Shown here in pieces: positions 8,470-18,961 of a DNA stretch of 29,928 nt (positions are counted from its first letter, which is position 1; each line of letters begins with the position of its first letter). This stretch comes from an uncultured Thermococci archaeon (GTDB taxonomy: Archaea > Methanobacteriota_B > Thermococci > Thermococcales > Thermococcaceae), in assembly GCA_964615185.1 (NCBI GenBank), contig CAZTOS010000023.1, positions 1 through 29,928 on the forward strand, written 5' to 3'. The notes beneath the pieces are model-generated. The model made no database searches and had not been told where the DNA came from. It was given only the letters and a program-made list of their open reading frames with translations. The translations under genes and the position numbers were made by a program.

Positions 8470-10496
8470 CACCACCTGCTGAAGTCAACAACTGTCTTTA
8501 ACCTTGCAGTTTCAATATCAATTATCGGAACTCTCGCTGGAGTTGGAACAATATTAATCATCTTCTGGAACTCAGTCTGAGCTTGCCAAGTGGCCGAGTT
8601 AATCAAAAACACACCGCGATAAATCTGATAATCCAGAACATGAACATGTCCCATCTGTACCAAATCCGGTACCTCCTCGATGACAAGCAAATCCTCTGGA
8701 TCTGGTGCAATTGGAACTTTTCCACCAAATGTAGGTGCGACGTGTCTAAGTTTTAGCAGTTCAATCATCGGCTCAACGGGATGAAGATGACTCTTACCTG
8801 GAATATAACTCACAACATCCTCAATACCCCTTCCATGGACAATTAAAAAGTCCCTGCCGTGAAGGTTAATGACAGCTGGATTGCTTATGATTATTGCATT
8901 CTTTAAGTCATAAATCGGTTTTGCATATTCTCTGTAAAACTCGGGCTGAGGTAAAGCAGTTCTTGCAGCATCGTGATTGCCTGGACCAATAAACATAGTT
9001 ATATGATCTGGAACGTTTGCTAAGAGGTTTGCCAAAGCTTCATACTGGTCAAATATATCTGGAATTGCAAGCTCATTGTACTGGCCCGGATAAATACCAA
9101 TGCCATCAACAACATCTCCAGCGATTATCATGTACTTTATTCTGCTCACAATTTCCTCCTCTTCCTTGCTCTCAACGTTGCCATTGAGCCATTCAAGGAA
9201 TTTCATGAACGCTTTTTCACAGAATTTTGCGCTTCCAACGTGAATGTCGCTGATCAAAACCGCATAAACCTTTTCCTCAAGAGGGAGCTTTTCTCGCTTG
9301 TAGAGTGGAACATCTGGTAAATAAAGCTTGTTTGCAAATAAAGTCCCACGCTTTGAGTAATATCCCCTAAAAGCAACAACGCTATCTGGTAGAACTTCAA
9401 ATGCTTTCTTGTAATCCTCGTTATCCCGTCCCAAGAAAACCTTGACAATGCCAGTCATATCCTCAACTTCAAAGATAAATCCCTTTTTAGTCTCCCTCTT
9501 TGAGTTGACAAGGCCAATGATCGTGACTTCCCCATCTGGATTTATATAGCTAAGCTTTCCGATATCTATCACTCCACTAACCTCTGGATTTTCCCGCAGA
9601 ATTCTTCTCAATTTCTTTAATCTACTTTTGAAGTAGTTCTCATAAACCTTGACTATTATCTCTCCTTCTTTGCCATTTGCGTTCCTGGCTTTTGGAGGTT
9701 TTAACTTAACATTTCTTACGTCGAATTTAATCTCATAATCCGGCTTTATTCTCTTCGCAATAAACTCAAAGCTCTCTTTTGGCTCAACCTTAAAGTCTTC
9801 ATAAATTGAATATGTCCTCTTTTCTTCAGCTGGAATTTCCTCTTCTTCCAGTGGAACCAAGACTCCATAGTCCCCATAAACTGCCCTCATTTTAACCTCA
9901 TTTTCGTCATCACTGGTGCCATTGTACTCTTCAAGAGGGGAAGTTCCAGTGGAAATAAAACTCTCACCCTCACTAATTGGGGATTCTTCTTCCGTTATTT
10001 CCTCAGAAATTGTCTTAGAGATCATGTTTTCAGAGGGTTCTCCAGTGGAAATGAAGGTCTCTTCTTCAGAGGACATTTCTTGGATCTCATGAGCTATTTC
10101 GGTCTGAACAGATGTTTGGGGAAAAATTTTGACCATTTTGCCAAGTTCTGCTGTTGTTTCACCACTTGCAGTACTTTGAATCGAAATTTCTTCTGAGCCT
10201 TCAGGAGTGCTGATTTCCATTGGAACTTCAGTTGCAGCTGTTATGGGCTTTGCCTTAGTTTCCACTGGAGCCTTTTGAACATATTTTGTGAAATTTTCCA
10301 ATGGGGGTAATAACCCCTTAGATTCAAGAAACTCTTTGGCAAGTTTTTCATCAATTACAAAAGTATTCTTTGCTCGTGCAAATTTTATAAGTTCCGTCAA
10401 GGTAAAGTTCTTTTTATAATGTTCTGAAAGGATAAAGTAAGCGGGTGGGGTGATGAGATAGCGATTAGAAAGCAAATCTCTTACCAGCTCATCCAT
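8463..10496 (-). CDS. polB: DNA polymerase D small (proofreading exonuclease) subunit DP1
   Basis: Calcineurin-like phosphoesterase motifs SDIHVGS, GDVVDG, PGNHD, HG and MGHVH; OB fold; long acidic linker. Confidence 0.97.
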   Translation of the reverse strand: MDELVRDLLSNRYLITPPAYFILSEHYKKNFTLTELIKFARAKNTFVIDEKLAKEFLESKGLLPPLENFTKYVQKAPVETKAKPITAATEVPMEISTPEGSEEISIQSTASGETTAELGKMVKIFPQTSVQTEIAHEIQEMSSEEETFISTGEPSENMISKTISEEITEEESPISEGESFISTGTSPLEEYNGTSDDENEVKMRAVYGDYGVLVPLEEEEIPAEEKRTYSIYEDFKVEPKESFEFIAKRIKPDYEIKFDVRNVKLKPPKARNANGKEGEIIVKVYENYFKSRLKKLRRILRENPEVSGVIDIGKLSYINPDGEVTIIGLVNSKRETKKGFIFEVEDMTGIVKVFLGRDNEDYKKAFEVLPDSVVAFRGYYSKRGTLFANKLYLPDVPLYKREKLPLEEKVYAVLISDIHVGSAKFCEKAFMKFLEWLNGNVESKEEEEIVSRIKYMIIAGDVVDGIGIYPGQYNELAIPDIFDQYEALANLLANVPDHITMFIGPGNHDAARTALPQPEFYREYAKPIYDLKNAIIISNPAVINLHGRDFLIVHGRGIEDVVSYIPGKSHLHPVEPMIELLKLRHVAPTFGGKVPIAPDPEDLLVIEEVPDLVQMGHVHVLDYQIYRGVFLINSATWQAQTEFQKMINIVPTPARVPIIDIETARLKTVVDFSRWCE
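9846..10270. repeat. Cluster of ORB-like boxes inside the DP1 coding sequence
   Basis: TTCCAGTGGAAC (9846), AAGTTCCAGTGGAAATAAAACTCT (9941), TCCAGTGGAAATGAA (10041), TTTCCATTGGAAC (10214) and GTTTCCACTGGAG (10258). Confidence 0.85.
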
Positions 10497-11761
10497 TAAA
10501 CCAACCTCCTCTGTCTGGCAATGCTTACAGTGAGGAGGGGCTGAAGGGAATAATCAAAGCGATAGATGTTCTTAACTTTGTATGGAGTAACATTTAGCCG
10601 TATCTCCTTTGTCCGCCCATATCTCCCCTTGCTGACCACTTTAGCATTGATTATACCCAGCATATCAAGTTCGTTTATCAGATCACTAACCCTTCTCTGA
10701 GTAAGGGGCTCAATGTCCATATAATCACAGAGCTCTTTATACACAGCATAGACATCACCAGTGTTGGCTGGCAATTCACCATTTTCATCAAGGAGGACTA
10801 TAGCATAAAGGAGAATCTTTGAGTGTAGAGGGAGAGTCTTAATGACTTCCTCCATGGTGTCCTGCTCAATCTTCTCCTGAGCCTTCCATACATGTTTCTC
10901 AGTGACTTTTGAAGCCCCCTCTCTCTCAGCAATTTCACCACTTACCCTAAGCAAATCTAAGGCTCTTCTTGCATCCCCATGTTCTCTTGCAGCCAAAGCA
11001 GCACAGAGCGGAACAACTGCTTCATCCAGAACATCTGGATAAAATGCCTCCCGCGCCCTTTGCATTAGGATATCTCTAAGCTGATTTGCATCATATGGAG
11101 GAAAAACAACTTCCTCTTCACTGAGGCTTGAAAGAACCCTCGGATCAAGATACTCCTTAAATTTCAGATCATTTGAAATCCCCACAATGCTGACTTTTGC
11201 ATTCCTCAATTCACTGTTTATTCTGGTTAAGGAGTACAGAACGTCATCTCCACTTTTTTTGATGAGCTTATCAATCTCATCAAGAACTATTATAACAAAT
11301 CTCTCCTTTGCATCAATAATTTGCTTTAGCTTTGCATACACCTCATCTGTTGGCCATCCAACCAATGGAACCTCAAAGCCGCTTTCATGCTTGAAATGAT
11401 TGACTATGTTTGCGAGAACCCGATATTGAGTATCGACGATTTCACAGTTGAGATAGATAACATCCACAGGAATGTTATATTTGCGAGAAATTCTTTTTAA
11501 TTCTTCAGTTACAAATTTTACAGTAACCGTTTTACCTGTACCTGTTTTACCATAAACAAAAACGTTAGAAGGAGTTTCTCCCCTTAATACTGGAACTAAA
11601 ATGTGTGCCAATGCCTCTATTTGTTCCTTTCTGTGAGGTAGTTCTTTCGGAGTGTAGCTGTGTCTGAGGACTTCCTTATTTTTGAAGATCTTTTTTGCAT
11701 TCAGATATTTTTCAAAAATTGAATCAAGATATGTCTGCTCATCCTCCTTTCTCTTTTCCAT
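10496..11761 (-). CDS. cdc6: Orc1/Cdc6 replication initiator
   Basis: Walker A GKTGTGKT, Walker B IIVLDEID, GDARRALD and a winged-helix C-terminus (GRYGRTK). Start ATG11761 is preferred over 11785 given the TATA box position. Confidence 0.97.
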   Translation of the reverse strand: MEKRKEDEQTYLDSIFEKYLNAKKIFKNKEVLRHSYTPKELPHRKEQIEALAHILVPVLRGETPSNVFVYGKTGTGKTVTVKFVTEELKRISRKYNIPVDVIYLNCEIVDTQYRVLANIVNHFKHESGFEVPLVGWPTDEVYAKLKQIIDAKERFVIIVLDEIDKLIKKSGDDVLYSLTRINSELRNAKVSIVGISNDLKFKEYLDPRVLSSLSEEEVVFPPYDANQLRDILMQRAREAFYPDVLDEAVVPLCAALAAREHGDARRALDLLRVSGEIAEREGASKVTEKHVWKAQEKIEQDTMEEVIKTLPLHSKILLYAIVLLDENGELPANTGDVYAVYKELCDYMDIEPLTQRRVSDLINELDMLGIINAKVVSKGRYGRTKEIRLNVTPYKVKNIYRFDYSLQPLLTVSIARQRRLV

Positions 11762-11770
11762 TCCTTGACC

Positions 11771-11801
11771 CTCCAGTGGAAACATAACCCTTGTTTATAA
11801 A
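11771..11801 (-). promoter_or_regulatory. cdc6 promoter: TATA box plus ORB over the predicted transcription start
   Basis: TTTATAAA at 11794-11801 and CTCCAGTGGAAACA at 11771-11784; a further ORB-like TTCCAGAGGAAAC lies at 11909-11921. Confidence 0.75.
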
Positions 11802-12053
11802 GACCCTCCCCATTTAATGACATAGTATATTACATGCTGTCAATGTTTTTACTAATTTTATTCTATTTCGACACATTTTATTGCCAGATATGTTATCATC
11901 AACATAATTTCCAGAGGAAACATAAGATGCAGAGGAAGCAATAGGATAATATCTTCTGGGGGTATATATGCTTTATTAGGCAAGTTTTTGTAAAAGTTCA
12001 TGGATAGTTTAACCAAAAATTTAATGAAAGAGTAAATAGAAAAATGTAAAAAC

Positions 12054-12668
12054 TCAAAAATATCCGATATCAATCCCCTTCTTTTTAGAAATACCTTGAG
12101 ATTCCAATATGTTATCAATAAACTTTTCTGCTTCCTCTTTTGACATTCCAACTTTAACTATCAAGAACTTGATTAAATCTTCTCTTGTTGCACCATGTTG
12201 GATTCTGTCCATGAGCATCATGACTATTCTTTCAAAAATCGCTTGAGCAAAGTCTTCCTCCATTTTAAGTGCCCTTACAAGCTCATTTATCCCAATTAAC
12301 AGAGCTGTCAGAGCATCATTAAATTCTGCCTTTCCAAGAGTTTTTCTATCCAGATCAACCCTAAGAACAATCTCGTCATTAATTCCACTTAATGCGAACT
12401 TTAACAAGTTTATTTTGTCATTTAGAACCAGCATGGCGTGATATATCTTCAAACGTTCCTCCAAAGGAAGTGCTGTTGTTTCCATACCAAATGGTACCAT
12501 CAGATAAACAAACTCCTCACTGAACATGATATTAAGAACAAAAGGCATTTTCGGATACTCAGCGATATAAAAATGTTCCTTAACTTTTCTGACATTCCAT
12601 GGGAGATCAACAATATCCTTGGCATCATCTCGTCCTTCTTTCAGCCATTGTATAACCCGCTCCTCCAC
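12054..12668 (-). CDS. Hypothetical protein next to oriC (possibly YbjN/secretion-chaperone-like fold)
   Basis: Probable start is GTG12668 (MEERVIQWL) with a GGTGG RBS. The ORF-track extension to 12893 runs through origin DNA. The fold guess comes from sequence pattern only. Confidence 0.75.
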   Translation of the reverse strand: MEERVIQWLKEGRDDAKDIVDLPWNVRKVKEHFYIAEYPKMPFVLNIMFSEEFVYLMVPFGMETTALPLEERLKIYHAMLVLNDKINLLKFALSGINDEIVLRVDLDRKTLGKAEFNDALTALLIGINELVRALKMEEDFAQAIFERIVMMLMDRIQHGATREDLIKFLIVKVGMSKEEAEKFIDNILESQGISKKKGIDIGYF

Positions 12669-13425
12669 TGGAAACCACCAGACATAATATGAGTATTTCT
12701 CTTTAAAACATGCACGTTCCACAAGAAATAGGATTAACAGGTTGATATATTCTGCCGAAAACTTACCCTTTGTAAATGATACAATGGGCACGTTGCAACA
12801 TTTCGAATGGAACTGTAATGAACATAAGTGTTCGGAAAAATGTGAGCATGGATGTCCACAAAAGAACATTTGGATAAACAACATTTTTAACAAAACAACA
12901 AAAGTTAAACATGCGATACCACCCAGAGAGTTGTATTTCCAGTGGAGATGCCGGCAAACACCTTATTTTGTTTTTTATTTTTAGTGACAAACACTCCCAC
13001 TTTCTATACACGTCATGGTATATAAATTTATCTATGAACATTGTTCAAAAATTAGAATTAAAAATAGTACATTAATGTGAATATGTTTCTATGTTCTAAA
13101 AATAATATGAACGGATGACCAATTTACTATATAAAAACTTCTTTTGAAAATCGTTGACATTATTCCGATGTGTTACTGTTACTGAGCTTCCAAAAATAAG
13201 TTCCAGTGGAAATAAAACTCTGGGGGGCTATTCGATATATGTCTTAATGGCCCTTTATTTCCACTGGAGAATACTATGGTAAAACGTTATAACATCTCTA
13301 CCTGAAGGGATATTTGGCTATAGGCTATGTGAATGGCGAGATTAAGCTCATGCCACCCAAATAATAGTTGTGAAGAGGACTTGCTCTTAATGGTGAGTGG
13401 AGTTTCATTTCCACTGGAAATTTAA
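12660..13425. other. Chromosomal replication origin oriC
   Basis: Long intergenic region near cdc6 with a full ORB and G-string, GTTCCAGTGGAAATAAAACTCTGGGGGG (13200-13227). Further boxes at 12663-12675, 12936-12949, 13257-13270 and 13400-13420 (inverted). An AT-rich tract at about 13020-13150 is the candidate unwinding element. Confidence 0.9.
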
Positions 13426-13573
13426 CTGTTTAGGAATTCATTCGCCTAAAATCAACTTTACTTGTTTTGTATTTTTTATTTTAGAGCATATGCAGCTTTT
13501 TTTGGAAAAAGAGAAAAGTATATAACCTCCCGAGTATTACACATACCAGCACTCATGCTTATAGGTGATACTG

Positions 13574-16078
13574 ATGGCGAGAAAGAAGAAGGTGGAGAAT
13601 GAACTTAAGGAACTTGATGAGTTTGAGGAACTTTCCATCGAAAGTGAAGTTGTTGGATTGCCAAAGAAAAAGAAAAAAGAAATCAAGACTCTTGAGGATT
13701 TACCAGGTGTTGGTCCTGCAACTGCTGAAAAACTCAGGGAAGCGGGATATGATAGCTTAGAAGCAATTGCTGTTGCATCTCCAATAGAGCTTAAAGAAAT
13801 TGCAGGAATAAGTGAAGGTGCCGCTTTAAAGATAATTCAGGCTGCAAGAGAAGCAGCCAATATTGGAACATTCATAAGGGCTGATGAATACCTCCAGAGG
13901 AGACAGACCATAGGCAGGGTTTCAACTGGAAGCAAATCCCTTGACAAGCTACTTGGTGGGGGGATAGAGACCCAGGCCATAACGGAAGTATTCGGGGAAT
14001 TTGGTAGTGGAAAGTGCTTCGCTAAGGATACCATGGTATACTATGAAAACGATGAGGTTGTACATTTTGAGACTATTGAGGAAATGTACAGTAAATATGC
14101 CCAACTCAAAGGCGAAATTCCGTTTGATAACGGATATGCTGTTCCCGTTGACACGGTTTCTGTTTATACGTTTGATTCAAATGGGGAAATTAGAAAAACA
14201 AAAGCAGCCTATATCTACAAAGAGAAAGTCAGAAAGCTCGCAAAAGTCACCCTCAGCAATGGGATTGAGCTCAAAGTGACATTGCCCCATCCAGTGTTAG
14301 TGTTTAAAGAGGGTCTTCAATGGATTAAAGCGGGAATGTTGCGTAAGGGTGATATTGTTGTAGGTGCCAGAAGGGTTCCATCAATTTCAAAAGCAATTAA
14401 TTTGGATGACGCATACTTCTTGGGTCTCTTTGTTGCTGAAGGCACGGCAAATCCAGTCTCAATCACAACCTCATCTGAAAAGTTGAAAGAGTTTCTATTG
14501 ACTTATTTGAAGAGGAAAGATGGTTATGAGCCAACAGTGGAGATTCACAAAGGTCTTTATCGTGTATTAATAAGACAGAAGACTGTACAACGTATCCTTA
14601 AAGACGTCGCTAATAAGGTTGCTGGTACAAAGGAAATTCCGGATGTTATTTTCAATGCCGATAATGAAGCGATAGCCACATTTTTGGCTGGATACATTGA
14701 TGGGGATGGTTACGTTGCGGATAACATTGTGGAAATGATAACCAAAAGCAAAAAGCTTGCGGATGGTTTGGTATTTTTACTCAAGCGCCTCGGAATAACC
14801 CCCACGATTGCAGTAAAGACAATAAATGGGGAAAACTATTACCGCATTTACATAACTGGTGAAGATAGGAAGCTCTTTGAGAGCATCATTGAGAAATCCC
14901 TAATTAAATCTGGTAGACAGAAGGATGGTGGTATTGGTAGATATCCACCTCAGCTGGGAGAATATCTTGGAAAGCTGTACAAGGAGTTTAGGCTTCCAAA
15001 GAGGGATAATGAAACTGCGTATCATGTCCTTACAAGGAGCAAAAAAGTTTGGTTCACAGAAAAAACGCTGGATAGGATTGAGCAATACTTTATTGAAGCA
15101 TTGGCTCAGCTTAAACAAGTTAGGAAAGGCATTGAATCTGGGAATATGCCAAGATTGCCGTTTTCATGGACAGTTTTGAGAAAGCATGGATTTACAGAGA
15201 GTCAAATTAAAAACTATAGATATAGAGGCCTTCCAAAGACTCCAGAGCTTCGTGAAAAAGTGATTGCTGCATTGATGAATGAAATAGAGAGGCTTGAAAA
15301 AATTGCAAAGCATGCCCTTGAAATAATTTCGCTTTCAAGAAGCCTTACCTTCCATGAGGTCAAACAGATTGAAATGGTAAATTACAACGACTACGTCTAT
15401 GATCTTGTGATTCCAGAGACCCATAACTTCATAGCTCCAAATGGCCTAATACTTCATAACACTCAAATCGCCCATACTTTAGCTGTTATGGTTCAATTGC
15501 CACCTGAAGAAGGTGGTTTGAATGGAAGCGTAATCTGGATTGACACTGAGAACACTTTTAGACCAGAGAGAATAAGACAGATTGCTGAGAATAGAGGCTT
15601 GGATCCAGATGAAGTTCTCAAGAACATATATGTCGCAAGGGCATACAATACAAATCACCAAATGCTCCTTGTTGAAAAAGCGGAGGAGATAATCAAGGAG
15701 AAGCTTAACACTGACAAACCAGTTAAGCTTATGGTCGTTGACTCCTTAACAAGCCATTTCCGTTCCGAATACGTGGGTAGGGGGGCACTTGCAGAGAGAC
15801 AGCAAAAGTTGGGGAAGCATTTGGCTGATCTACACCGCTTGGCAAACCTATATGACATTGCAATATTCGTCACAAACCAAGTTCAAGCAAGGCCAGATGC
15901 ATTCTTTGGCGACCCAACGAGACCAATCGGTGGACACATCTTGGCTCACTCAGCCACACTTAGGGTGTACCTAAGAAAAGGCAAAGCTGGAAAGAGAATT
16001 GCGAGGCTCATTGATTCACCGCATCTACCAGAAGGAGAAGCAACCTTTAGAATCACAGATAAAGGCATTGAGGACTGA
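13574..16078 (+). CDS. radA: DNA repair and recombination protein RadA, intein-containing
   Basis: N-terminal HhH ([12 protein letters not shown]), Walker A GEFGSGK|T split by an intein, [26 protein letters not shown] before ATG13574. Confidence 0.98.
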   Translation: MARKKKVENELKELDEFEELSIESEVVGLPKKKKKEIKTLEDLPGVGPATAEKLREAGYDSLEAIAVASPIELKEIAGISEGAALKIIQAAREAANIGTFIRADEYLQRRQTIGRVSTGSKSLDKLLGGGIETQAITEVFGEFGSGKCFAKDTMVYYENDEVVHFETIEEMYSKYAQLKGEIPFDNGYAVPVDTVSVYTFDSNGEIRKTKAAYIYKEKVRKLAKVTLSNGIELKVTLPHPVLVFKEGLQWIKAGMLRKGDIVVGARRVPSISKAINLDDAYFLGLFVAEGTANPVSITTSSEKLKEFLLTYLKRKDGYEPTVEIHKGLYRVLIRQKTVQRILKDVANKVAGTKEIPDVIFNADNEAIATFLAGYIDGDGYVADNIVEMITKSKKLADGLVFLLKRLGITPTIAVKTINGENYYRIYITGEDRKLFESIIEKSLIKSGRQKDGGIGRYPPQLGEYLGKLYKEFRLPKRDNETAYHVLTRSKKVWFTEKTLDRIEQYFIEALAQLKQVRKGIESGNMPRLPFSWTVLRKHGFTESQIKNYRYRGLPKTPELREKVIAALMNEIERLEKIAKHALEIISLSRSLTFHEVKQIEMVNYNDYVYDLVIPETHNFIAPNGLILHNTQIAHTLAVMVQLPPEEGGLNGSVIWIDTENTFRPERIRQIAENRGLDPDEVLKNIYVARAYNTNHQMLLVEKAEEIIKEKLNTDKPVKLMVVDSLTSHFRSEYVGRGALAERQQKLGKHLADLHRLANLYDIAIFVTNQVQARPDAFFGDPTRPIGGHILAHSATLRVYLRKGKAGKRIARLIDSPHLPEGEATFRITDKGIED
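14015..15460 (+). mobile_element. RadA intein (482 aa) with LAGLIDADG homing endonuclease
   Basis: [10 protein letters not shown]...TLPHP...[10 protein letters not shown]...[10 protein letters not shown]...[24 protein letters not shown]. Confidence 0.96.
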
Positions 16079-16124
16079 TGTCTTTTTCTTAATCCTTTTA
16101 AATGGTACGATTTACTCTTAGTTG

Positions 16125-16892
16125 ATGAGCATGAAAGTGGAAGCTAAAGTTGAGCCCTCTCACGAAGAGATAATTGAAATTTTGGACAAAGCCCTCTCTG
16201 TTGAGGCTATTATAACTCTCTTTGCTTATTGTAGGGTATTTTATGAAGGAAGAGCCAAGAGTGAGCTGGGTCCAGGGGACAGAGTAATTATAATCAAGCC
16301 AGATGGCTCCTTTTTAATTCACCAGAAGAACAAGAGAGAACCTGTTAACTGGCAACCGCCAGGGAGTGTTGTTAGCATTGTTCTCGAAGATGGAAAGATA
16401 ATGCTGAGAAGTGTTAGGCGGAAGCCAAAAGAAACCCTTGAAGTTGAGCTCATTAAAACTTACCTTGTAAGCTATTTCCAAGCAGAGGATTATGAAGAGC
16501 TGGCGTTGACTGGAAGTGAAGCAGAGATGGCTGGTTTAATCTTTGAGAACCCCTCATTAATCGAAGAAGGATTTAAACCGCTTTTTAAGGAAAAGCCAAT
16601 TAAACATGGGATAGTTGACGTGCTTGGAAGAGACAAAGATGGCAATCTGGTTGTTCTTGAGCTTAAGCGCAGGAGAGCGGATCTGCATGCGGTCAGCCAG
16701 CTTAAAAGATATGTGGATGCTCTGAGAGAGGAGTATAAAAATGTTCGTGGGATTTTGGTCGCTCCATCTCTTACAGCTGGAGCCAAAAAGCTTCTTGAAA
16801 AAGAAGGGCTGGAATTTAAAAAGCTGAATCCACCAAAGCGTGAAAAGAAGAAAAAAGGCAAGCAGAAAACCCTTGATTTTCTCAGCCCATAG
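16125..16892 (+). CDS. nucS: Endonuclease NucS/EndoMS
   Basis: YEGRAKSEL, KPDGSFLIH, EPVNWQPP, VDVLG...ELKRR...AVSQLKRY and a C-terminal PIP box QKTLDF. Confidence 0.96.
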   Translation: MSMKVEAKVEPSHEEIIEILDKALSVEAIITLFAYCRVFYEGRAKSELGPGDRVIIIKPDGSFLIHQKNKREPVNWQPPGSVVSIVLEDGKIMLRSVRRKPKETLEVELIKTYLVSYFQAEDYEELALTGSEAEMAGLIFENPSLIEEGFKPLFKEKPIKHGIVDVLGRDKDGNLVVLELKRRRADLHAVSQLKRYVDALREEYKNVRGILVAPSLTAGAKKLLEKEGLEFKKLNPPKREKKKKGKQKTLDFLSP

Positions 16893-17262
16893 CCATTTCG
16901 TGAGGAAGCATTTCTCTAACTCTTGCTTTGATTAAATCTCCCTCTCTTCTGATTTCGATAACTTTTCCAAGCCCTACTAACCGAAGCTGGACTCTGCACA
17001 CCATCTGCTCTCTCTCATCACTCTCTTCCCACAAAATCCTCTGCTCCATCTTTTCCATCCTTAATATCTTGGCTATTATTCCCTCAGTCCCCTTTGTTAT
17101 GTCTTGCAAGGTTTCATATGTTAGGAATACTCTATCCCCCTCTCTAAGGTGCTCAAGAACGAGTACATTGCTTGCACTCCTAATCTCCAATGTGCGGTAT
17201 GGATTCCTTAACAACTGGTCAAGGGTTCGTCTTGTAATTCCTGTCAAAATTAGAACCTCCAT
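16882..17262 (-). CDS. DUF473-family protein (likely PbaA partner)
   Basis: MEVLILTGI...RTLEIRS...GDRVFLT; GAGGTG RBS; directly downstream of the PAC2 gene. Confidence 0.8.
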   Translation of the reverse strand: MEVLILTGITRRTLDQLLRNPYRTLEIRSASNVLVLEHLREGDRVFLTYETLQDITKGTEGIIAKILRMEKMEQRILWEESDEREQMVCRVQLRLVGLGKVIEIRREGDLIKARVREMLPHEMAMG

Positions 17263-17272
17263 AGGCATCACC

Positions 17273-17995
17273 TCACAGATAAATGCTCTCATATTGCTTC
17301 TCTGCCTTCTTTCTTGCCATCTCCATCTGTTCATGCATCTTTCTGAGTTGCTCTTCAATCCTCTCTGCCTCTTTTATGAGAGGCTCTGTGGATATTTCGA
17401 TTGGCGTGAGCTTCTTGATTACTTCAATCACGTTTGCCGCTGCTCTTGGGTCGGGTCTGTCCCCAAAGGTCTCGCCAAGCAACACATATCCGTTAATCTT
17501 TTCTTTTGATGCCTCCCATAAAAGTTTCCCGCTCATGCCCATTATTGAGCCATACTGAAGTATTTTAACTCCCAAACCTTCAAGCTCTTTATTGAGCTCT
17601 TCATTTGCTCCAACTCCCCACACTTCCATCTGCTCCTTGAAAAACCCAATTCCCATTCCGCCAATGGAAATGAGCTTTTGGGCATTTGTTTCTTTCAAAT
17701 AACTGGTAATTTCTTTGGCTATTTCATTTACAAGAGTTGGTGGGACATAGATGTCAGCAACGGCTATGATGAGGTTATCTTTTCCATAGAATCTTAAAGG
17801 TGGGTTAGGTTTTCCTTCAAGGATTAGGCTCATTGGGGGTATAAACGGGCTTTCAATATAGCCGATCATCTCCATCTTGAGCTCTTTTGCTAAGAAGTTA
17901 GCGGCGATGTGTCCCACAAGTCCAATCCCGGGGTAACCTTCGATAAAAATTGGGTTTTCTATCTTTGGGAGGACTAACCTCACTGGCTTTTCCAT
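17273..17995 (-). CDS. Proteasome assembly chaperone PAC2 family (PbaA-like)
   Basis: EGYPGIGLVGHIAA, RPDPRAA and a C-terminal HbYX motif (IYL). Confidence 0.9.
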   Translation of the reverse strand: MEKPVRLVLPKIENPIFIEGYPGIGLVGHIAANFLAKELKMEMIGYIESPFIPPMSLILEGKPNPPLRFYGKDNLIIAVADIYVPPTLVNEIAKEITSYLKETNAQKLISIGGMGIGFFKEQMEVWGVGANEELNKELEGLGVKILQYGSIMGMSGKLLWEASKEKINGYVLLGETFGDRPDPRAAANVIEVIKKLTPIEISTEPLIKEAERIEEQLRKMHEQMEMARKKAEKQYESIYL

Positions 17996-18113
17996 CTTCT
18001 CACCTCAAGACTTAGTTTGAGTTTTGAAGGTAATTAAGTTTTTGCCGCAGTCTTGTAAATGCCGAAGTTAAAGCTTAAATAAACATAAATCGAAGATTAA
18101 CAAGGTGATGCCC

Positions 18114-18887
18114 ATGCCAAAGATTGGAATTATCGGTGGTTCTGGTGTTTATGGTGTCTTTGAGCCAAAAGAGATGATAAAGGTTCACACACCTTATGGA
18201 AGACCATCAGCACCCGTAGAGATAGGAGAAGTTGAAGGCGTTGAAGTAGCTTTTATCCCAAGACACGGCAAAAACCATGAGTTCCCACCACATGAAGTGC
18301 CATATAGGGCAAATATTTGGGCTCTTCACGAGCTTGGCGTTGAGAGGGTCATAGGAATCACAGCCGTTGGCTCCCTTAGGGAAGAGTACAAACCTGGAGA
18401 CATTGTAATTACCGACCAGTTCATTGACTTCACGAAGAAGAGGGAATACACATTTTACAACGGACCAAAGGTTGCTCACATAAGCATGGCCGACCCCTTC
18501 TGCCCGGAGATGAGGAAGATATTTTATGAGACTGCTAAAGAGCTGAACTTTGAAGTTCATGAGAAGGGGACCTATGTCTGTATTGAAGGGCCTCGCTTTT
18601 CAACGAGGGCTGAATCAGCTATGTTCAAGCAGTTTGCCCACATAATTGGAATGACTCTCGTTCCCGAAGTGGTCTTGGCGAGAGAACTTGGAATGTGCTA
18701 TGTCAACATCGCAACGATTACGGACTATGATGTCTGGGCTGATAAGCCCGTTGACGCTCAAGAGGTGCTTAGGGTCATGAAGGAGAACAACTATAAAGTC
18801 CAAGAAATTCTTAAGAAGGGCATCCCAAGGATTCCAGAAGAAAGAAAGTGTGGCTGTGCTGATGTGCTGAAGACGGCTTTTGTCTGA
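18114..18887 (+). CDS. mtnP: S-methyl-5'-thioadenosine phosphorylase
   Basis: [38 protein letters not shown] and TDYD. Confidence 0.95.
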   Translation: MPKIGIIGGSGVYGVFEPKEMIKVHTPYGRPSAPVEIGEVEGVEVAFIPRHGKNHEFPPHEVPYRANIWALHELGVERVIGITAVGSLREEYKPGDIVITDQFIDFTKKREYTFYNGPKVAHISMADPFCPEMRKIFYETAKELNFEVHEKGTYVCIEGPRFSTRAESAMFKQFAHIIGMTLVPEVVLARELGMCYVNIATITDYDVWADKPVDAQEVLRVMKENNYKVQEILKKGIPRIPEERKCGCADVLKTAFV

Positions 18888-18961
18888 CTTCTTTTCTTTC
18901 TTTATTGCAAAAACCTTATAATTCTTCATTTCTCAGACCTCTTTTAAAAAGGGTGGTTGAA

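Noticed and set aside
12669..13041. ORFs 12742-12984, 12763-13041 and the extension to 12893
   Set aside because: They lie in ORB-containing origin DNA, have atypical Cys/Phe-rich composition and lack RBSs.
9846..13420. ORB repeats read as a CRISPR array
   Set aside because: The repeats are short, irregularly spaced and in both orientations, and they match the archaeal ORB consensus.
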